The translations under genes were made by a program, and so were the position numbers. Of a DNA stretch of 20,000 bases, positions 11,070 to 20,000 are shown piece by piece (position 1 is the stretch's first letter; every line of letters starts with the position of its first letter). The notes beneath the pieces were generated by a model. The model made no database searches, was not told where the DNA came from, and saw only the letters and a program-made list of their open reading frames with translations. The stretch covers positions 242,638 through 262,637 of the forward strand of contig NOWV01000104.1 in assembly GCA_003344405.1 (NCBI GenBank), written 5' to 3'. The stretch comes from Trichoplax sp. H2. Its lineage: Eukaryota.

Positions 11070-11937
11070 CTTGGATGATCTGAGAAAGCGTAAAGCAACG
11101 TATACAGTAAGCTAAAAATTACGAGTTATGGGAATTTACCTCCTCTGATGTTCGATTTAAATTGCCGAACACTATCAAGTGTATTATTAAGGGGATAACT
11201 TATACTATGCTAGTAGTGATACAGCCAGGATACAGAAGATCGAAAGAACTATATTGCTTCTTCGCTAAAAATTAAACTACTAATCCTTTTTAGTAGTAAA
11301 CTTTTAAATGAAGTCTAGACTTTAGTCTAACTGCAGCTTATTTAATTCAATTTTTTTGCTAATGATTGGTTCATTTCCAATTTAATCACGTGCTGAATTT
11401 AATCAATCTGATATAATTTTAATAAAATTACAGTAAAGTTGATTAGGTTTAAACTTTACCTTTTCATTAGTCAAAATCTATTACTGAATGAACTGTCTTA
11501 AGTCAAGTTCAAATACCGGTAGTTAGTCATCTATAAAAATAAACTTAAAATCAGGCTGAAAATTGAAGAAATCCCATATTTGCTTAATAAATTAGTATAT
11601 AGTCACGAAACAGAGACTAAGCACATGAGCTATCATAGAGGAATGATAAATATTATAATACCTCAAGCCAAGGTATAAATCAAGAAAGGATTCATTTCTA
11701 CCGTACTGATTGAGTTAGCAAGCGTATCTAGCCGTCAACAGCAATCGAAGTCAACAAAATTCCATTAATTGTAATTACTGACGTAAGCAACATACGTAAC
11801 TTTTATGAAACCCCTGCTATCATTTCTTGTGAGAGTATGCATACTACTAACTAGTAAATTAAAGTTCGGTATATATACATATATATATATAATGCCGAAC
11901 GTATGATACAGATAGTAAATGTTGCATTTTTTATAGA

Positions 11938-11940
<3 letters not shown>

Positions 11941-11968
<28 letters not shown>
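11941..11968. repeat. (CT)10(AT)4 compound microsatellite
   Basis: Direct reading. A further AT-dinucleotide run lies at ~11870-11890. Confidence 0.95.
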
Positions 11969-11969
<1 letters not shown>

Positions 11970-13650
11970 ATATAGCGAAGGACTTCTTGATCAAAAATGA
12001 TCTTCAAAAATTATAAATATATTGGTCGAATTTATTTTTTTATCGAGAAGTGACTGATAGACACGTAACATGTGAATGGTTCTCCCTTTACTATAGCAAT
12101 TGCAGACTTTTGAATATGTTTGCATATTAAATGCTAAGACTGCAAATCTTTCTACCTTATTGTTTAAGTATCTAAATATGAAATTTGGCATTGTGTAAAT
12201 CTAAGTTTTAATTTTCAATTAAAATTATTTCTTAATATGTAACTGAAATGTACTGGATGTAAAGTAATAAGAATTTTCGTCTAGATTAGATTGACAATAA
12301 TTACTAAAAATATTTAGAAAAAATTCCTTACACATTAGGGTCTAATTTTAGTAATTTTAGAGTAGAACCTACGAGAATACATTACAATGCTCTAATTACT
12401 AATATCGCAATAATGATGGTAGGAAGTAAAGAATTATAAATAAATAAATAAGTAAAGTTTATTTTGCCACATTAATAAATAAAACTAGACTGTGGATTAC
12501 TTTGAATGCATTGGACGTACCAAAATCAGTAATACGAAGGTATATGAGATAATTAGTAATTATAATAAATTATTCATTTTAGTATTACTTAAACTATCCG
12601 GATAATTCATTCAAAACAAAATCCAAACTTTTTTTTCGCAGCTCGGTTTCAATAATAAAATTTTAAGAGAAAAATTAACCATAGTAAAATATACATAACT
12701 GACTACATATCACTTAAATTCTTAGATATAATTATTAGCTTATACGATCATTTTTAAATTAAGCAGGTTTTAAGAGACGCTAAAAGATGAGCAATACGCA
12801 ATATTCGACGAATACCTAGTCTTAATGTTGTTAGAATTTATCTTGCTATGAATATGTTAACTGCATTTATAACACTTTCGTTAGCACCAAGTAACTTACA
12901 CTAAGATAAGAGTAAGTTGAAATTCATTATTATATCGCATAGCAATTTAGCAGGGATTTTTAGTGTTGCTTAGTGAATCAATGCTAGAATAATTTACCAT
13001 GAAAATTGGGCTGTATCATTCGACAGACTTACAAGTAAATTTCAGAATTGAATTAGTATAATACTTATACGTCATAAATGCGATTTAATAATGAGCTGGT
13101 AAGATTTCGATCATTTTCTCCATTATTTAATTACTTTCTAGCAAAAAATTTAATTTCCGTAAACAATAAATCGAATGCATAGCTATAGTCAGTCACTTCA
13201 CGTATTCTACATACGAATTCTAGCCAATATATTAAGGTTTCTAAGCAGAGCTAAGAATTCTAAGTGCTATCGATTAATTTTAGGAGACAAATTTTCATAT
13301 CTGATTTGAAGTGTATTTTACATAAGGCAGTCTGTAATATGTATAGAGATCTAAATAATACTATCTATTTAAAATCAGAAAATTTCAACATTTGGCGAAA
13401 AGATTCTATCTGATACTCAGAATAAAGGTAAATGGTAAATTTTATTAAGAAAATATTGTCAATATCATAATAACATTAATTGCATAGCAGTTAATAACAA
13501 CTAATAGATTTAAAATTACAAGCGTATTTGATTAGAAATGTTCTCATACAAGCTTAAATTGAAGTTATAGATTAGTACAATATATTATAATGTAGAGAAT
13601 CAGGTACTAAATGTTATAAAAGTTTAATTGTTTTTAATTTGTAGCCATCA

Positions 13651-15028
13651 TTACAAGCTATAGTTACCAATAACTATGCCACAAAGAGTATCTTGAACTG
13701 CCATCCAGACCCACGCGGGCCCTTAGTATATCCTTGGAAATCTGTAGTAAATCTATCGCCTGTTTTGGAAGCGATATTATCTGTTCCTCCTTACTGAACT
13801 TTCACAATTATCTTATGCTAACCTATTTTCGCTTTATACTTTGAAGTCTGCGAGTATTGAGGTAGATGATTCTAACTCATAGAAATATTATTCGATACTT
13901 GTAGAGAATTGTCACTCTAGGAGATTGATTAGTACCAGTAGCTTGGTGTTACGAAACTGCTTTCTTGATCTGACCTAAATTAGTCTATCTAATCTATTTA
14001 ACCTCTATTAACTTCGGGATTTTCTCAATTAGAAAATTTTCTTATTGCAACACCTGAGAATAGAGTTCAACAATAAGGATTAAAGTTAGTTGAATTTTAT
14101 TTAGTACTAGTTATAATGTGCATTAATACCAGTGTACTCGATGTTAGCATCAGTGGAATTGAAATTAAAAAATTAATAATTAAGCTTATATATAGTTTAA
14201 TCCTAAGTCACATAAACGCTCCGGTACTAGTCTCTCATATTAAATTAAGTAATATTCTATAACGAAGCTCTGTTTTCATTTTTGAAAATTTAGGCAAAAT
14301 AAAATGTCTATATTGAATAATTTAAAAACAGGACTGTAAAAATTTTAGATAGAAGAAATACCCCTAGATTATTGATTTCGTAGATATAAATAGAATTTTA
14401 TGTAGATACCTTGTAACTTTAACAGTATGAGCCCTGCCATCGCTAACAGATTGTGGTGCTGTCAACAACGCCTCCCCGTATCTAAATTAAACCTATTGAT
14501 TATTTGTTAGAATTAATATATATAATATTTTATATTGATTAGAGTCTTGAGTAGAAATCTGACCAATAAGTACAAGTACAGTATTTATAATTTTGGTATT
14601 TAATATCATTGGATTGAATAATATGTCCTACCATAGCTCGACTCGGCCAGAATTGACAGTAACATAAATGTAATGGGTCGTAGAAGTTACCATCTTAAAC
14701 ACAGAAAACACAAATTAAACTTCGTTTCTATATTATTTTATGATATACAATTAATAGTATAACTATAATTACGCATACATTGCCTTGCCAATAAAGTAGT
14801 CCGCTAGACTGATTGGTTGCAAATGTAAACTGTATATCTTGCTGCCTGTATATTATGATCAAGTAATCAACGTAACGCAATTAAATTTGTACAAAAGTTC
14901 TTAATTATTAAGTAGTAATAACGCAATAAAATCTAGTACTATCACTTACTCTTTTAAAGCATTGATATAATAACGTAAGTAACTATTTCCACTGAAAGAT
15001 GCTCCATCAGACGAACTAAACGATAAGG
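13651..15028 (-). pseudogene. Terminal LamG exons (15028-14950, 14845-14779, 14693-14632, 14492-14410, 13974-13877, 13789-13651)
   Basis: ASFSGNSYLRY; IQFTFATNQSSGLLYWQG; HYIYVTVNSGRVEL; FNLDTG/EALL..VSDGRAHTVKVTR; GGTDNIASKTGDRFTTDFQGY. Same intron phases as the intact gene. Confidence 0.88.
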
Positions 15029-15238
15029 CTAATAAAGTAGAGAGTTAGTCAATAAGATTATAAACACACTGATCGTGCAATAAATAAAATAAAGTAGATG
15101 TACTAATATCTATAATAGGCTAGTTAATTACTATACCTGTATCATAAGTAACTATTTTCATTAAAAGATGCTCCATCAGGCAAACTAAACGATAGCACTA
15201 GCAAAGTAGAGGGTTATTTAATGGAATTATAAACATAC
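14976..15238. repeat. Tandem duplication (~94 bp, offset 169 bp) of an acceptor plus the first terminal-LamG exon
   Basis: 14976-15069 and 15145-15238 share TAAGTAACTATTT...AAAGATGCTCCATCAG..AACTAAACGATA...AAAGTAGAG. Confidence 0.9.
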
Positions 15239-15873
15239 GAAGCAAAAATTGTATCATTTCTGCACGGTGCACTGTGATATGGATCTGATGGTGATGTATA
15301 ATTTCTTTCGCAAAGCATTCCAAAATTACTAGATTGGCAGTTACAAATACAATAGTTTCTATCAGCTACCATAAGCAAGCATCGGTATTTTGGAAACTAT
15401 TCTGATCATAAGAATTATCGTAGGCTAATTATTCGCGGTTTCTAAGACGCCACTTACCAAATTATGGGTGGAATTGTCTAATTCACTGTCAAATCTAGAG
15501 ATACATCCTAAAAACGGAATTGAACCTCGAAGATTGAATTTTGATCAAATTGATTGATGATTCCTAGAAACTTCCAATGTAGCAAATCAGTAACTATTCT
15601 GCTTTCTGATTGTCTACTATGCTTTTGCACAAAATTACGTTAGAGTACTTAGCTTCCTTACTTTCTATGGTAAAACACATGAACATTCCAAAGGAGAGTA
15701 TAAAAGCGAACTAAAATTACGGTGTGGGAGAGAGGGAATAAATGATACTATGCAAACCTTGACTACCTAAACAGATCTTACACTAACGATTGACCAAAGT
15801 GCTCAATGGAAACTGTCTGTTTATCATATCAGTAGCTATGCTACGGTCAATCCCGGGAATGACCGGCAATTAG
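15239..15873 (-). pseudogene. Decayed homologue of the large LamG-EGF-EGF exon
   Basis: DLLHWKFLGIINQFDQNSIFEVQFRF/GCISR aligns to DLSSWIFLAGLSDLSQNPLFEVPYGFSGCISQ. DRNYCICNCQSSNFGMLCERNYTSPSDPYHSAPCRN aligns to DESYFTCRCRDKYYGNYCEKMYSATINPCSRSPCLN. Confidence 0.8.
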
Positions 15874-15954
15874 CTACTAAGCTAATACAACCACAGTACT
15901 ATGATAAACGTAAATAAACTAATTTTTATCAACAGTATCTACAGATGAAACTAC

Positions 15955-16444
15955 CTTGTATAATTTATATTCGCAATCACTTAAACAAAGATGACTATCC
16001 TCGATAATTACATAACAGGGAGGAGCATTGACGGCGAAAACTGCCAAGTAAATTAATGCATTGTTCTTGACAATCTCCATTCAAAATAATAAATCTAGTT
16101 AATAACAGATATTTTTCGCTAATGGTTGATTACCTTGTACGTAATTAATTCCAGCGAACTCATTTCTCACTATGCACTTGTAACTACCTAGGGTATTTAC
16201 TTTTTTACCATACTGATAGGGATTCTAGGGGTATTCGTTAATTTCTAATGAATGGAAATTATAACGTACAGCAGCATTAAGGTCATTGCGGTAGTAAATA
16301 TTGATCCAATGTAATGCCACTTGTTAGAAAATTGATGACCGTGGTCACAGTAAACGCCCGTATATCAAGTTCTGCATCAATATTTAGAATCATTATGAGA
16401 TTGAGTGCATGTCCTTTTTACGTAAGGATTGGAATGACAGTTAT
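15955..16444 (-). pseudogene. Degenerate EGF exons (16444-16340, 16244-16134, probable remnant ~16050-15955)
   Basis: DNCHSNPYVKRTC...KY*CRT*YTGVYCDH and EINEYP*NPYQYG..VNTLGSYKC...FAGINYVQ. Both keep phase 1-1 splice sites. Confidence 0.75.
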
Positions 16445-16654
16445 CTGATTTAATATTGAATTGTTGTAAAAATAGATTAATGGTTACTTTCCCATTTTGA
16501 GATTATAAAGCTTTGTTGATTTGAACAATTTATAAGCCAAAGTAATCACAAGTAAAACTTAGCTCTTAAAAAAAAAGTTTGTTTGATCTACGAGATCTTT
16601 CTGAGCAAAGTTTATCTGTGATTGAAATTACGATAAAATAAATTGAAAAATAAC

Positions 16655-17323
16655 TGTATCTTGTCGAATAATAACGCTGATTGCAAACTGGTAGTGGATG
16701 AAGTTGATAGATGAGATAACAGTCATAATTTTTGACAGTGGTGGTTTGATTTCAATGACAAGGATTACGGCCCCATGAAAAGCATACTTTGCCGACGACA
16801 ATATTTTCTTAAACTGATAGCAAGGTAAAGACATCGACGATTTTGAAGTATCTAAAAAGGGTAACAAAAGGAGGAAGCTTCTTCAAACAACAATATTGAT
16901 AGGCCGATGCCTAATAATATTGTATTTAGGCTCTTGTATTGCATAATGCAGAGAAATCTTTCTAAATAACTTGACGCCATTGCTCGTCATTAATTCACAA
17001 TTTTAACTTACAGGATTGCAGTCTTCAAATTAATAAAATATTCGAAGAATATTGTAATAAATTACGACAGTATAAATAAACGTATTTATAGTACTTGTTG
17101 GATAATTTTCCGTCAGTTATTCTGGTGAGACTGTAACGCATCTAATCATGCTTAACCTTCCTCCGAATATCATCTGGCTATTGTAGCTACCATCTAAACG
17201 ATACCAAGAATTATTTAAATATAATCGATCACGAGTAATATCTAAAAATTACTCAACTCAATATATTGATCTTATAGTATCAGTTAGCAAGATACGATTA
17301 TGACATGGATCAGTCCATATTAA
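16655..17323 (-). pseudogene. D8C/D10C (uromodulin/GP2/OIT3-type) domain in two exons (17323-17095, 16813-16655)
   Basis: DPCHN..LTDTIRS...SWYRLDG...RCVTVSPE*LTENYPT / KVCFSWGRNPCH*N...VKNYDCYLIYQLHPLPVCNQRYY. Matches the D8C pattern DPC..RS / WYRF.G / CGT..PGWL...HP / VCF.W / V.NC.G.YVY.L...P.C..RYC, with both Trp codons turned to stops. Confidence 0.8.
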
Positions 17324-17415
17324 CTAAGCAATCCGATAACGATGTTAAAGTGAAGACGTATTACTAGCCTAAGAAATTTATTTTTCAAACTGCAAATTTT
17401 GCATGTTTTTTTAAC

Positions 17416-17955
17416 TTAAACAGGAAGTATTGTCTGCTTTTAAAATTTTACCAGCTACACACCGGCAGTAGTAACTACCAATTGTACTGGTACAATTTCC
17501 TTGACACAGCTGATTCTGGCATTCATCAATATCTATCATTAACGACGCAAATCGATACATAAAGAAGGATGAAAATGGTCGAATTCGATCTATTTCTAAA
17601 TATCAAAAGTTTAATTATAATAGTAAATAAAGCAACCGACTATTTTGGTATTGCTTTCCATTAAAACTGAGATCGCATTGGCATTGGTATTGAAGTCTAA
17701 TAATAATACATTTTCCATGATTGCAAGGGCCAGGTTCGCATGGATGAAAAGCTAGTATGTAAAGTGAAAAAGTTGTAGACGGCTATATGCTGGATAGTGA
17801 TTAGTATCGAGCTGACCACCGTTGAAAGAACACTGTACCTTTTTCTCAGTGTTCTTCGATGTCACCTACAGGATATAAACATGTATAGCCTGATTTTTCT
17901 GAAGTACAATTACCGTAATTAAGGCAAGGATTTAGATTACAACAATCAATAAAGA
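17416..17955 (-). pseudogene. Three EGF exons (~17955-17839, 17751-17641, 17532-17416)
   Basis: CNLNPCLNYGNC...YTCLYP..H*EK (stop at Cys6, no nearby AG acceptor); HPCEPGPCNHGKC...CQC...QY; intact-looking cbEGF DIDECQNQLCQGNCTSTIGSYYCRC...SC. Confidence 0.88.
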
Positions 17956-19077
17956 GTTAAGAAAGGCACAATATTTATGAAATTAGAAGCAGGCGATTCG
18001 ATTTGCCGTTTCCAAGGCTTTAACATCATATCAAATGAACATATTCGGTTTATTTGGCCAAGTAGGAGCAGAATTGAATTTTGAAACTTAGCGGATAGGC
18101 AATTGTTACAGTGTTAAATACTGTATTAGAGTTGAAATATCTATGTTAGGATAATTCTGCTAGACTATCCTTACTTAGTTAACTTCTAATTTGGATATAC
18201 TGTGTTTTAATATAGCACTGACTTTTTATGACAGTGACACTTATACACATACTGAAATTAATAGTTATAATAGGGAATGCAAATCATCTACTTACAGTTC
18301 GAATCATTGTGATTGTAATTTACTTATGCTAGATTGTAAATTATCATGGAAATGTTCCGTGGTAGGACATATCGTAATCTGACTATTCTGTATTAGTCAT
18401 TACATGCCTATGTTCGTAAATACTGTTGTCTGCATTAAGGGAGCAGTAGCTATAATTAATATCTAATTCAGTAAATGATTCCGAGGTTAATTGTATTAAC
18501 TATGACTCATGAACTATTGAGGAACAGTATATAAATGCAGTATATCGTGAAATAAAGAGAATTCTGAAACTTAGTGTTTAACGTAAAATACGAGACGTTC
18601 AAGTCTTTGTGTAGTCTGCTAGTAGAGCAAAAGCGTTTCAGATAGTGCAGATATCGTTCCTTGATACGTGGTTCAAGGAATTGACTTATTGATTGTACAT
18701 TACGTTATCTTGTTGCAAAGCTGTTTTGTGACAGTAATAAAGTTTTTATGTTAAATACTCAAATATACTGATTAGTAATTGAAGAAAGAATGGGAAAAGT
18801 TTGAATAACCTTGTGGATAACTACCGCGCATCTAACCTGAAGAAATCGTTTGGCAATCACAAACTGTTCCACGACAAGTCATTTGCAAGATATAATTATT
18901 AATTATTGGTGATTCCATCGAACAGTACCAAATATTAGTTAGATCTTCATCACATCGTAATCTCGATCCTTGATTGATGCTCTTAAAAGTGATCTACTTG
19001 TCTAATTTAACTAGTGATATTGCCAACATGGGTTTAGTATTTTGAAGGTGTAGCAAATTATAATATATATGTGATAC

Positions 19078-19361
19078 TGTCACACACCACTAGTGACAAA
19101 GTAGTCTACACACGCCAATCCTTGCGGAGAACACCACCTACTAACTTAAAGAGGCGAGATTAGCTATATCACCAAATAATTCAGTTCCAACGACCGAATA
19201 CTTTGGAATAATTATAGCGTCACAGATGATGTAGACGAGATAGTAAGAGATTTACTATCATTTATTACTGAAGGAATCTTGCCACCCAAGATTATAGTCT
19301 TAGAATTAAATATCAATTGATAAACTAGTAGACTATCTAACCGACTAACTAACTAAAAAGG
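19078..19361 (+). repeat. Partial inverted copy of repeat B (matches 845->561)
   Basis: Reverse-complement match over ~285 bp with ~14 differences by my count (~95%). Confidence 0.95.
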
Positions 19362-20000
19362 GATCTTCAGGCACCAACCTTTTATAGTCTCGTCAGAAAC
19401 TCCTGGTGCACATAAAATAAAGCTATCCTTTTAAAGTCATAGGAATTATTATGAATATTGTCATTAAAGACTTCATATAAGATAATTAATTAACAACTTC
19501 TATTGTTAAGAACTGATAATTAATTAATAAATTAATAAAGAGCTTAACTAGTAAACAGTGCATTATCATATTAATCAAAGATTAAACAGATTATATGAAG
19601 AAATGATAATTAATAAAACGTCAATCCACACAAAAAATATTTAATATTACTCAATAATTAGGACGAGCTTACGCATCGTAACAGACACAGGTAGGAATTT
19701 TCCCAGTTTACGGTCCTTTCTGTATCCGATACGTTAGTCCATTAACAAACTAAGATTAGTGAATACGAAATATATTACGCGTATTCAACGAATAAATTAG
19801 TCAATTTGCAAGACTATGCTTGGTACGAAATAAACTATTTAAGCAGTAACAAGAAGAGTCTTGAAACAAGAGGTTTCAAGAATTGATACTAGTAATTTCA
19901 CCTGTCGGTGGGAACGCCGAGATATCTAGTCGTCGAATCGTCTAAAACGAAAATATTGTAAAGCAGCATCGGCCCACCAAGTTTTAAATAACTTAACTAG

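Larger units (their letters stand above)
13651..17955 (-). pseudogene. Unprocessed pseudogene: EGF-EGF-cbEGF-D8C-EGF-cbEGF-(EGF)-LamG-EGF-EGF-LamG; paralogue of the downstream gene; 5' end not located
   Basis: Recognisable exons with many in-frame stops (e.g. 17846-48, 17258-60, 17249-51, 17117-19, 16809-11, 16752-54), frameshifts (e.g. 83-nt exon 14492-14410 vs 84 nt in the paralogue) and lost cysteines. Confidence 0.88.

Noticed and set aside
11765-12191. ORFs 11765-12007 and 11991-12191
   Set aside because: The first is driven by microsatellites (EREREREIY); neither shows a domain signal.
16628-16867. 79-aa ORF from the track
   Set aside because: Wrong frame; the meaningful D8C homology is in another, stop-containing frame.
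18191-18400. Plus-strand Cys-rich ORF, or a possible further minus-strand pseudo-exon with a GTAAGT donor near 18295
   Set aside because: Too degenerate to assign to a domain by eye.
1-20000. CRISPR arrays, tRNA/rRNA genes, transposase or reverse-transcriptase coding remnants
   Set aside because: No regularly spaced repeats, cloverleaf or rRNA motifs, or RT/integrase motifs were recognised.

Overview
AT-rich, intron-containing eukaryotic (animal-type) DNA with one 20-N assembly gap at 246-265. The compact introns and extracellular-matrix domain content would fit an early-branching invertebrate such as a placozoan, but I cannot confirm the organism. By hand splicing, the minus strand carries two tandem paralogous genes. 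(1) An apparently intact 12-coding-exon gene (11069->3296, about 748 aa) for a secreted protein: signal peptide, 3x Ig, LamG, EGF, EGF, LamG. Its last LamG resembles perlecan LG3, so it looks like a mini-perlecan-like protein. (2) An upstream decayed pseudogene (~17955->13651) with the same LamG-EGF-EGF-LamG cassette and matching exon phases, but with EGF repeats and a uromodulin/GP2/OIT3-type D8C domain in place of the Ig domains. The window also has three different LTR-like repeats (TG...CA ends, AATAAA, no clear target-site duplications). One is duplicated across the gap and one recurs inverted 18 kb away. All translations, counts and alignments were done by eye and need computational confirmation.
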